A DNA stretch of 64,000 bases from positions 145,519 through 209,518 of IMG/VR virus record IMGVR_UViG_3300008259_005066, one strand, 5' to 3'. Every line of letters starts with the position of its first letter. The stretch's first letter is position 1. Of the stretch, positions 48,631 through 56,985 are shown piece by piece. A program made the position numbers and the translations under genes. The notes under the pieces were generated by a model. It saw nothing but the letters and a program-made list of their open reading frames with translations. It was not told the origin of the DNA and did no database searches.

Positions 48631-51009
48631 TCAGCGGGTTGCTGACAGTAACTTGCGAGATATGTCCACGTTGTTCTGTAGCAGACCAATCATGGTATCA
48701 AATCGGCTCAACTGCTCGCCCATCATGGTCACTTGTTGGCCCATGGTGTCAGTCATGCCAGTCATCTCTACCGGTATGGATCTGCCGCCAGCCAGGGGAA
48801 CCACTGCTTCTGTGCCGTGTAGCATGGCCGCATATCCCGACTTTGGACCAGATGCTATGCCACCATATTGGAAATTCCCTACCTTGCTGGGTTCTATGCC
48901 CAGCGCCTGGGCCACAGCAAACTGTATGCCCCCGCGCATGTTGTAACCTTTTTCCAGACCGCCCATGCTTTCCTTGCCAATGATACCTACCATGAGTTTG
49001 GCCATGGTGGCTGGATCTCTGGGCAGGACTTCATCAGCACCTTTGCCCATGAAGCGGGCCATTTGCTCGATATACAATCTGGTGTCGTTTTCATTGGGCG
49101 GTGCGTAAGCCGAAATGATGCTGGAGATGGTATCTCTTTTGCCACTACGGCTTTTACCTGTCAGGTAAAGATCTAACTGACGGGCCAATGCTACCAGACC
49201 ATCGTCCACAGTTTCAAATTTGGCAAATCCGCCGGTGCCCACTGTGGCTTTGTCCTGGCCTGCAAAACGTAGATTGCCAGGATTGAGATTCTTTGCGGCA
49301 GCACCCATGAGTCCAGCTGATCCTGTCATGGGTGGTTTACCAGGAGGACCACCTGCTGTTCCAGGCGGCCCCGCTCCCTGGGTGCGACTGTAGGAGCCGG
49401 GAGGTGCACCTCTGGTGATACCTGTGCCTAATATTTTGTCCAGTGCGCTGGCACCAGAGGCCAGTGAATCGGTAAACATTCCCACAGCACCTGCCATCTT
49501 GGGAAACTGTTGCACTACCACGCTGTCTATGCCCACTGCAAAATTTCTCAGCGATTTTTGTGCGCCAACCACTGTGTTTGTGAGGTCACTTTGATTGTTC
49601 TTGGCATCTTTTTGCTCTTTACCCACGGCATTTATAGCTTCTGCCGTTCCAAGGATGCCATTGGTCACAAGGCGCATTTCGGCGTATACAGGATCAAAGT
49701 ATGTGCCCAGGCCTCCCACCATGCGTTCCTGCTTGGTACCGCCCATGGTTTCATACGTTGCGGCTGTGGCTTGCCCTAGTCGTTCCATGAACGTGGCTAG
49801 ATCGCCGGTGCGTTCCAAGAAATTGACCAGTTCTGGTCCAGCACCACCAGTGGCCTGGAAGAACAACTGTGCTTCTTTAGTGCCTAGATTGTCAAAGCTG
49901 TCTTTGAAACCTTGGGCCATAGTTTTCAACCCTTTAGCTTCCAACATTGTTGCGGCACCACTGATCGCATCTGCAAATGATTTACCACGTTTACCAGCAT
50001 CAGCCAACACAGCGCCAAATTTCAACTCTCGATTTTGTTGTTCCAACCGAGACGCAACTTCTTGTCGGCTCATGCCTGTGAGTCTGGCCAGTTGATCCAA
50101 TTGCAAGATGTATTCTTTAGACGCATCAGCCAGTGAGCGAGTGTCGCGGAGATTGACTCCTGTCTGGGTGCGCTGATAACTCAGGAACTGTGCTGTGAGA
50201 TCTCGCTGTTCTTCAAAGCCAATTCCCAACTTAAGAAACTGGTCTTCAAATCCTTTGCTGGCCTTGGTGATGTCCACCACTGCTCGCATGCCCTGTGTGA
50301 CCGATCCACCTGCAAGGGCCAGACCTCGGCTGTTCTTGGCAATGACGCGGGCAAAGGAATCCATGCTGAGCCCAGTTTCCAGAGCAGCCTGTTGCAGTCC
50401 TTGGAAACTGTTGCCAGTGACACCACCAATCTTGCTGAGTTCTTGGAAGGCTCCGACCACACGTTGGGTTTCGTCCAACGAGAAGTTCATGAAAGCAGTG
50501 CCTGCGTCTACTACATCTTTACCGTGTGCCTTGATAGCCTTGCCAATCACTGACGTCACTGAACCAAGGCCCATGCCTATCATGCTGGCAATCGCACCCT
50601 TGGGACCCAGCATTATTCCAAATGACGATATGCCCGAAACGGCCTGGCCCAGGGCATCTATGGCAGTGCCCAGTCCACCGGTCATGTTTTTGAGCGCAGT
50701 GCCTGCGGCACCCACTGCTGGTTTTAATGAACGGAAATCTTCGCGATTGTCTCTAGCACCTTGCGCAGCTGATCCCAACCCAGACAACACTGCTCGAGTG
50801 GTGTCTTTGAACTTTTCCATGGCCTCGGCAGCTTTCATGGTCTGCTGGGTATGCTCGTCTTGTGCTTTGGTATTCTCGTCTTGTGCTTTGGTATTGGTAT
50901 TGATGGCCTTGTTGAGTTTGGCCATGGTTTCGGCGCTGTTGCTGCCGCTTTTGCGGAATTCCGCCATGGCCTCTTGCATCATCTTGATTAGTTTTTCTGA
51001 TTCGTCCAT
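48631..51009 (-). CDS. Tape-measure-like protein with C-terminal lysozyme-like domain
   Basis: Long Ala/Gly-rich helical region; NLNPGNLR...GFAKFET...G..AL...Y...TISSII..YAPPNENDT..Y; GGIASGP..Y..MLHGTEAVVPL. Confidence 0.7.
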   Translation of the reverse strand: MDESEKLIKMMQEAMAEFRKSGSNSAETMAKLNKAINTNTKAQDENTKAQDEHTQQTMKAAEAMEKFKDTTRAVLSGLGSAAQGARDNREDFRSLKPAVGAAGTALKNMTGGLGTAIDALGQAVSGISSFGIMLGPKGAIASMIGMGLGSVTSVIGKAIKAHGKDVVDAGTAFMNFSLDETQRVVGAFQELSKIGGVTGNSFQGLQQAALETGLSMDSFARVIAKNSRGLALAGGSVTQGMRAVVDITKASKGFEDQFLKLGIGFEEQRDLTAQFLSYQRTQTGVNLRDTRSLADASKEYILQLDQLARLTGMSRQEVASRLEQQNRELKFGAVLADAGKRGKSFADAISGAATMLEAKGLKTMAQGFKDSFDNLGTKEAQLFFQATGGAGPELVNFLERTGDLATFMERLGQATAATYETMGGTKQERMVGGLGTYFDPVYAEMRLVTNGILGTAEAINAVGKEQKDAKNNQSDLTNTVVGAQKSLRNFAVGIDSVVVQQFPKMAGAVGMFTDSLASGASALDKILGTGITRGAPPGSYSRTQGAGPPGTAGGPPGKPPMTGSAGLMGAAAKNLNPGNLRFAGQDKATVGTGGFAKFETVDDGLVALARQLDLYLTGKSRSGKRDTISSIISAYAPPNENDTRLYIEQMARFMGKGADEVLPRDPATMAKLMVGIIGKESMGGLEKGYNMRGGIQFAVAQALGIEPSKVGNFQYGGIASGPKSGYAAMLHGTEAVVPLAGGRSIPVEMTGMTDTMGQQVTMMGEQLSRFDTMIGLLQNNVDISRKLLSATR

Positions 51010-51055
51010 TATCTACGCCGATAAGTATTGTATCAATTATTTATGGTGCCCAAAT

Positions 51056-51904
51056 ATGCCAGAAACCTCTAATCCGTTACGCAAATTTTTCCGTCAGCCG
51101 GCCATTTACATCCGCCTGCCGTCGGATGGAAACTACTACCCTCAAGGTTCGCTCGAACTGCCCCCAAATCGAGAGCTGCCAGTGTATCCCATGACTGCCA
51201 TCGATGAAATAACTTATCGCACAGCAGATGCATTGTTCAATGGATCAGCATTGGTCAATGTGATCCAGAGTTGCATTCCTGCCATCAAGAACGCATGGCA
51301 TGTTCCGCAGATGGATCTTGACACACTGTTGATCGCTATCCGTATCGCCAGTTATGGACACGAAATGGATTTTGAAAGCAACTGCCCGCACTGCAACAAC
51401 GAGAACTCATTTGGCCTAGATCTCCGACAAGTCTTGGACAACATCAAAGCCGGTGACTACAGCGAATCTATCAAACACGGCGACGTAGAGATATTTTTCC
51501 GGCCGCTGAGTTATGAACAGGCCAACGCCAATTCCATGAAGCAGTTCCAGGATCAGAAAATCCTGGACAGCCTACCAAATTCCGATCTGCCCGAAGAAGA
51601 AAAGATACGCTTGCTCACACAGGCCTTCCAGAAACTCACGGTCATGACTATGTCTGCCCTGAGCGGTGTGATCTCCATGATCCGTGCCGATGGTGAAATA
51701 GTGGTGGAACCCGAACACATAGAAGAGTTTGTTCAAAACTGCGACAGAGAGATCTTCAACTCCATACGTGATCATGCCACACAACTGCGTGAGCACAGCG
51801 AACTCAAACCCTTGAGACTCAAATGCAACGGGCCAGAATGCCAGAAAGAATACGAAACACCATTCACCCTGGATGTCTCAAATTTTTTCGTATCCGCCTC
51901 CTGA
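51056..51904 (+). CDS. gp26: Baseplate hub assembly protein (gp26-like)
   Basis: Start MPETSNPL (51056); LPVYPMTAIDE, DLDTLLIAIRIASYG, CPHC and C-terminal C..C zinc motifs. Confidence 0.75.
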   Translation: MPETSNPLRKFFRQPAIYIRLPSDGNYYPQGSLELPPNRELPVYPMTAIDEITYRTADALFNGSALVNVIQSCIPAIKNAWHVPQMDLDTLLIAIRIASYGHEMDFESNCPHCNNENSFGLDLRQVLDNIKAGDYSESIKHGDVEIFFRPLSYEQANANSMKQFQDQKILDSLPNSDLPEEEKIRLLTQAFQKLTVMTMSALSGVISMIRADGEIVVEPEHIEEFVQNCDREIFNSIRDHATQLREHSELKPLRLKCNGPECQKEYETPFTLDVSNFFVSAS

Positions 51905-52119
51905 CCTCGAGTCCTGAGCGCATCACCAAAATAGTAGAAGGATATGATCGTGAAGTCAAAGCAATCAAAGACGACATATTCAAGATGTGTTGGTATATGC
52001 GAGGAGGCCTGACCTATGAAGAAGCACTCAATCTCAGTTTTGGTGAGCGAGAATCTGTGGGTGCATTGATCAAAGAAAATCTCGAGACCACTAAAAAAAC
52101 CGGAATGGCATTCTTCTAA
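51880..52119 (+). CDS. gp51-like C-terminal extension, probably reached by -1 frameshift from the gp26-like ORF
   Basis: The -1 frame is open across A_AAT_TTT_TTC (51880-51889); it encodes WYMRGGLTYEEALNLSFGERESVGALIKENLE, similar to the T4 gp51 C-terminus. No RBS-preceded start is evident. Confidence 0.65.
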   Translation, partial: KFFRIRLLTSSPERITKIVEGYDREVKAIKDDIFKMCWYMRGGLTYEEALNLSFGERESVGALIKENLETTKKTGMAFF

Positions 52120-52622
52120 TGCAACTAGAGCAAGTAAAACAAGATATCGAACGATGGATAGAAACCTTTGTTGAAGTCCCTAATCCTGCGCTGGGCGGAT
52201 GGCCACCTTGCCCTTATGCACGCCGAGCACGCTTGGATCGCAGTTACGAAATACGCATAGGTGTTGATGTTTACACCGATCTCATGGATCTAGCAACCAC
52301 AGGATTGGGCAACAAAGAAGTCATCATCTATGCATATGATTCCGCGCAATGGCCCAGAGAACAATTTGCCCGCGATCTTCATTCTGTGAATGTTGGATTT
52401 CTCTTGCCTCAAGATATCATTGCGCTAGAAGATCATCCTGCAGATCTTGAATGGGTAAATGGTGTGTGCATGAACCAAGGAACCTATGCCCTGGCACTGT
52501 GCCAGAGTGTGAGTGATCTTGACAGCAAGGCCCGGTCCATGGCCACGAAAGGCTTCTACCACACTTGGCCAGAAGAATACCTAAAAGATCTGTTCCAACA
52601 TAGAAAGGACCCAAGACAATGA
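52119..52622 (+). CDS. Hypothetical protein, DUF1415-like
   Basis: WIETFVE...GWPPCPYAR resembles the L.LCPFA motif; coupled to the upstream stop (TAATG). Confidence 0.5.
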   Translation: MQLEQVKQDIERWIETFVEVPNPALGGWPPCPYARRARLDRSYEIRIGVDVYTDLMDLATTGLGNKEVIIYAYDSAQWPREQFARDLHSVNVGFLLPQDIIALEDHPADLEWVNGVCMNQGTYALALCQSVSDLDSKARSMATKGFYHTWPEEYLKDLFQHRKDPRQ

Positions 52623-53059
52623 CCTATCAATTTGCCCGTATCAATCTAGCAAAAACCAATTATCAAGCATCAGCCCAGTGGGGATATCTCATACCTACCG
52701 AACAGCAAATGGTGGAACTTGACAATATCTATAGAACTTACTGTATCTATAAGCATTTCAGTAGTGTGATACCCATGTTTCGAAGCCGATATACCGATCC
52801 AATGACTGACGTCATTGGATATTTTGATCAAGAACGCATGGTAGCATTCAGTCTCATACGAAGGTATGACGACAAAAATGCTCTCTGTGATCAATTTGCA
52901 TGGACATATCATGATCCGCAATCAAGATTGGGCATTGAAACCATGAAAACAGAATGTGCCATATACAAAGCAAGGGGCTTTGATTATCTCTATCTCGAGC
53001 AGGCACATCTTTACAAAAAAGAGATAGAAGGATTTGAAATACTAGGACCAATGACATGA
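52619..53059 (+). CDS. Arginyl/leucyl-tRNA-protein transferase C-terminal-domain-like (ATE/Bpt, GNAT fold)
   Basis: IYRTYCIYKH, MVAFSL, DPQSRLGIETM...A...GFDYLYL...YK pattern matches the ATE_C layout. Confidence 0.5.
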   Translation: MTYQFARINLAKTNYQASAQWGYLIPTEQQMVELDNIYRTYCIYKHFSSVIPMFRSRYTDPMTDVIGYFDQERMVAFSLIRRYDDKNALCDQFAWTYHDPQSRLGIETMKTECAIYKARGFDYLYLEQAHLYKKEIEGFEILGPMT

Positions 53060-53391
53060 GCGACTTATACACGATATGGGCAGACAAAGAAGGTGATATC
53101 TCAGACCTTGATTGGGTCACAGGAATGCGAAGTTTTTTTGAGCACCTGATGTCTGAGGGCAAGATGATGAGTTATAGGATAACCCGTTGCAAGATGGGAT
53201 TCCGTTCAATCGCAGACATGCCCGAATGGATGATCATCATGGAGTTTAAAGACATGGCACAGATGGACTCAGCATTTCGTCGTGTGGCGCCATTGGAAGG
53301 CGAACTCGAAGAAAAACACAAAAGTTTCAATCAGTTTGTTTCGGGCAACATCCAGCACGCACTGTTCCGTGATTGGCCTGATCAGTTCTAA
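53056..53391 (+). CDS. Hypothetical protein, dimeric alpha-beta barrel (DUF6614-like)
   Basis: YTIWAD...SYRITRCKMGF...WMIIMEFKDMAQMDSAF; ATGA-coupled to the upstream gene. Confidence 0.5.
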   Translation: MSDLYTIWADKEGDISDLDWVTGMRSFFEHLMSEGKMMSYRITRCKMGFRSIADMPEWMIIMEFKDMAQMDSAFRRVAPLEGELEEKHKSFNQFVSGNIQHALFRDWPDQF

Positions 53392-53830
53392 CATCCAATT
53401 GAGACTTGCTACGCAAGTCTATTCATTCGCTGTCGCTCATGAATTGATTACATAATCGAGCGAAGCGAGATAACAGTTATCATCCAGATTGTTTGGTCAC
53501 ACTTTGCCCGCCCAGGGCAAAGAGGTGTCATCATCCGAGTCGACTCAGTCACACAGCGTTAGAGCATTACAGAGGCGGTTGTCCGATACCTCGAGCTCCG
53601 TCTTTATTACAACGGCGGCCAACACGACATACGCTATCATATCATGCTGACGTGTGCTATCACTAGCACGTCTTTTTCCCTTTATATTCTATTCAAACAA
53701 TCAAACCGCAGGTGTTTGCGATCGTGGTCCTGTCAAGGATACTGATTGAGTGCTCACTAGCGCGGTGAGTCTTCCATCCCTGTGATCCTGGATCCAGGTC
53801 TAGGGCACACGACATTGGCCTGTGCTAGCC
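53392..53830 (-). ncRNA. Large hairpin-dense non-coding element (candidate structured ncRNA; strand inferred)
   Basis: ~430 nt with no ORF of 60 aa or more in an otherwise gene-dense genome; at least 10 stems or palindromes (see findings). Confidence 0.55.
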
Positions 53831-54265
53831 TTGACTGCTTAGTTTGCCTTTGATGTGACTGCCATGCACACGGACCTGTATGTGTCCGTTGTAATAGTCA
53901 TCACTTTCTAATACACGTCGGGAGAATTGTTCGCGAGCCTCTATGTAACTGCATTCCGATTTGGATTGGCAGTAATACAGTATTTCACGTGAGAAGTTTT
54001 CGGTGCCTAGCAGTTCAACATCTCGAGATAACTCCGGAGAACTGCCATAATATGTCTGCCAATCTGAATCTATCGCGCCTCTGATTTTTTTGCGTTTCTT
54101 TTTGCCATTTTTGAGTTTGACTACTCGATATGTTGTTTTCTTGAACTTTGCTAATTTTTTGCCAATATACTGCCGGCCGGTAAGTTTATTGGTGATCAAA
54201 TAAACAAACCCGACACACGTTTCGGGTAACTCTGTGATTTCTCGGGATTCGAAAAGCCATGACAT
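53825..54265 (-). CDS. Stand-alone GIY-YIG nuclease-family protein
   Basis: GFVYLITNKLTGRQYIGKK, YYGSS, FSREIL, E..EQF...VL..DDYYNG. Confidence 0.85.
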   Translation of the reverse strand: MSWLFESREITELPETCVGFVYLITNKLTGRQYIGKKLAKFKKTTYRVVKLKNGKKKRKKIRGAIDSDWQTYYGSSPELSRDVELLGTENFSREILYYCQSKSECSYIEAREQFSRRVLESDDYYNGHIQVRVHGSHIKGKLSSQG

Positions 54266-54282
54266 GAGCACATAATTATCAA

Positions 54283-54603
54283 TTATTTCTCAGATATAGA
54301 AATATCACGTTTTCCAATCAAAAGATCGTCGGTACAACCTGTGCATCGATTCCGTCGACAGATTCCGGGAGCATCAAACGGGCTCCATTCTTTGAAAAGA
54401 TTGCCCAAGCGATCGTTTTGACAAACTGCGCTGTAGACGTTGAAATCCTTGTCTATATCCAATCGACGATAACCTGCATCGCAACTCCATCCTGACCAAT
54501 GATCTAAATCGTTATTGTGCATCCAGTTGGCACTGACCTTGAACGATCTCCCATCTGACAGTTCTATTTCACAGTTATAGTATTGATGATTTTCAAATTC
54601 CAA
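54283..54603 (-). CDS. Stand-alone SPASM/twitch-like Cys-rich domain
   Basis: WSGWSCDAG...IDKDFNVYSAVC..D.LGN...C....C.GC.DD; overlaps the stop of the upstream radical SAM gene. Confidence 0.6.
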   Translation of the reverse strand: MEFENHQYYNCEIELSDGRSFKVSANWMHNNDLDHWSGWSCDAGYRRLDIDKDFNVYSAVCQNDRLGNLFKEWSPFDAPGICRRNRCTGCTDDLLIGKRDISISEK

Positions 54604-55216
54604 GATTCAATTTTCCTTTGAATATGGGCACGGTGCGAGTCTGATAGGAATAATCTATCTTGTTCACAGTGTAGCTGATGTCGTGATGTTCTAGCAGATT
54701 GATATACAACGGAATACGATCTTGATTCCAGTATTCATCCATGATAGCGACCTGCAAGAATTTATCAGGTGAGATACTTTTCTTAAGTTGTATGATCATG
54801 TCAAAAAATTTCTCTTCATTGATGTGTTCCGAATGCACACTGAATGCGATGTTGTCTAACGCTTGGAACATTTTCTGATAATACTTGAGATTGGCGCTGC
54901 CATTGGTGGTAGCCAGCAATTTGAATATGTGCTGATCATATTCCTTCCGCAACCAAGTGACAAACGGTAGAAAGTGTTTGTTTGAAGTGAGTTCTCCACC
55001 GGTAAATGCGATCTTATAGGGTAGATTTTGTTTGCTGGTCTTTTCAAATATGTTTAACCAAGCCTGTTTCATAGTGTCAAGATCATGATGCTGGCTATGA
55101 TCATCATGCCACATGGGAGAACAATACATGCAATCATAGTTGCAACGCACAGCCAATTGCCAATTGATGCTGAAGTATTGTTCGGTAGGTGTGACTCGTA
55201 TGATCCGGGATGTCAT
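54593..55216 (-). CDS. Radical SAM protein (core only)
   Basis: CNYDCMYC (CxxxCxxC), FTGGE, TTNGS, FSVHSE. Confidence 0.85.
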   Translation of the reverse strand: MTSRIIRVTPTEQYFSINWQLAVRCNYDCMYCSPMWHDDHSQHHDLDTMKQAWLNIFEKTSKQNLPYKIAFTGGELTSNKHFLPFVTWLRKEYDQHIFKLLATTNGSANLKYYQKMFQALDNIAFSVHSEHINEEKFFDMIIQLKKSISPDKFLQVAIMDEYWNQDRIPLYINLLEHHDISYTVNKIDYSYQTRTVPIFKGKLNLGI

Positions 55217-56976
55217 GCTATGTCAATGTCGGTGTTGTATGACGTAAAGCCGTTTTCTTTGACCACACGCAGGATGTTTTCAACACGTCCAGCCAGTTCG
55301 TCTCTGTGCGATACTAACCATATTGACTTGTGCCGTTCACGACTCATCTTCTTCAGCAAGGCCAACGAATTTTCCACACCCTGTGTGTCCATGCCTGAAT
55401 CTACCAGTTCGTCGATGAACAGCACGTTGATGGGATGATACAATGATTCCCATACATCACGGAAGGCCCATGACATTGACAAGATCAGTCTATTGCGCTC
55501 TCCGCGACTTAAATTGTCAAAGTCTAGATCTCGTCCCAATTCTTGTATTTCCACAGTGAGATCGTTTTGGAATATTACCGAATGTGGCAAGCCGATGCGA
55601 TCAAGATAGTATGTCAACCGAGCATTCAAATAACTCAAATTCTGCTCAATAATCTTTTTGCGGATGAATGAGTCTTTGTTGGTCAAGAGTTTTAACAGGA
55701 AGTCTTGATGCTCTTGCAAGCGGGTGAGTTCGTTGAGAGTGTCATAGGTCACTGTTTGCAGGGCCTGTCCTGTCATCTCTTCGATCTGTTCACCGTAGGG
55801 ATCTGTTTCTTGTGCCTTGATGTCCAGTTGTTGTTGTAGGTTGTCTACGTTGGCACGATGTTGTATGGCATCTTCTTCCGCATCATAGAACATCTTGGGA
55901 GGTTTTCCTAACTGGCCCAAGGAGGTGTGGGCAGCCTCCATTTCTGATAGCGTTTGTGTATGCTCCTGGCAAGACGTTCTTGCTGTTGCCAAATCCTCCT
56001 GCTTGCTTGCCAGTACCTGTTGGTGCTTTGAGTCGTGGAAGGCTTGACCGCATGTATGACAGGTATGCTGTTCAAGAGTCGCAATCTCTTTGCTAAGTTT
56101 GCCAATGTTTTTCGTCTCGCGATCAACATCAAGTTTCGTGCGGGATATTTGTCCAGCAAGATCGTTGATGTCTTTGCGCTTCTGATCCCAAATTTTGTAG
56201 TCCTTGTGCGCTTGGATCTCTGCGTCAATGTCGATCTTTCGCAGTTCTTCCAAGGCCTTTTGGATTTTATCTGTCTCTTCCTCATGTTTGGTCTTCCACA
56301 TTGTTTGCCTACGCCGCAGATTTTCGATCTGTTCTTCTATACGCTTGTTGGCTTCTTGCACAGCTCGGATACGCATTTCTTCCTGAGCAATGGCATCTTT
56401 GGTTTCTCTATTGAGTTCTTTGATGCGCTCAGCACGCTCACTCAAAAGGGTGATACCCAACAGTTGTTCTATGATCACACGTTGATCATTGGCCTTCAAG
56501 CTCAAAAACGGTTCTGTGTATGTGTTCAGCGCCAGCACATGTCGGAACATGTCGTGAGTCATGCCCAGGGCAGACTCTATGGCATCTTGTGTTTCTCGAC
56601 TGTCGCCTTGCGAGTTGTCATCTGCTGCCTGTTCTTCGTTGTTGACGTAGAATTTCAGTATGTTGGGTTTGCGACCACGCTCGATGCGGTAGTCGCGGCC
56701 ATTGATGTTGAAATCTAAACTGACCAACATGTTCTTGCTGTTGGCTTTGTTGATGAGATTGTCGCGTCGGATATTGGTGAGAGCTTGACCATACAGCGCA
56801 TAACTCAGTGCATTGATTATAGTGGTCTTACCTGTGCCGTTACGGCTGCCATCGCCGCCTAAATCTAAGTTTTCACCTAGAACTAATGTAAGGTCTTGAC
56901 GATCAAAGTTGATGGCTTGTGTGGCATTGCCCACACTCATAAAGTTTTTAACGGTTAGGTCTTTGATTTGTATCAT
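55213..56976 (-). CDS. gp46: Recombination endonuclease ATPase subunit (gp46, Rad50/SbcC-like)
   Basis: KNFMSVGN, Walker A NGTGKTT, central CHTC hook, signature LSRGE, Walker B LFIDE. Confidence 0.95.
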   Translation of the reverse strand: MIQIKDLTVKNFMSVGNATQAINFDRQDLTLVLGENLDLGGDGSRNGTGKTTIINALSYALYGQALTNIRRDNLINKANSKNMLVSLDFNINGRDYRIERGRKPNILKFYVNNEEQAADDNSQGDSRETQDAIESALGMTHDMFRHVLALNTYTEPFLSLKANDQRVIIEQLLGITLLSERAERIKELNRETKDAIAQEEMRIRAVQEANKRIEEQIENLRRRQTMWKTKHEEETDKIQKALEELRKIDIDAEIQAHKDYKIWDQKRKDINDLAGQISRTKLDVDRETKNIGKLSKEIATLEQHTCHTCGQAFHDSKHQQVLASKQEDLATARTSCQEHTQTLSEMEAAHTSLGQLGKPPKMFYDAEEDAIQHRANVDNLQQQLDIKAQETDPYGEQIEEMTGQALQTVTYDTLNELTRLQEHQDFLLKLLTNKDSFIRKKIIEQNLSYLNARLTYYLDRIGLPHSVIFQNDLTVEIQELGRDLDFDNLSRGERNRLILSMSWAFRDVWESLYHPINVLFIDELVDSGMDTQGVENSLALLKKMSRERHKSIWLVSHRDELAGRVENILRVVKENGFTSYNTDIDIA

Positions 56977-56985
56977 TTTTATATT

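Noticed and set aside
50854-50895. Perfect 21-bp tandem duplication
   Set aside because: It encodes NTKAQDE twice in the tape-measure coiled coil; an ordinary heptad expansion.
50195-51055. Apparent 569-aa ORF 50195..51904
   Set aside because: The first 287 codons are antisense to the tape measure; the real gene starts at ATG 51056 after a TAAGTA promoter.
53392-53830. tRNA, tmRNA, RNase P RNA, group I or group II intron
   Set aside because: No cloverleaf/TPsiC, tag ORF, RNase P core, P7 or domain V consensus was recognised, and flanking ORFs are not interrupted; kept as an unassigned structured element.
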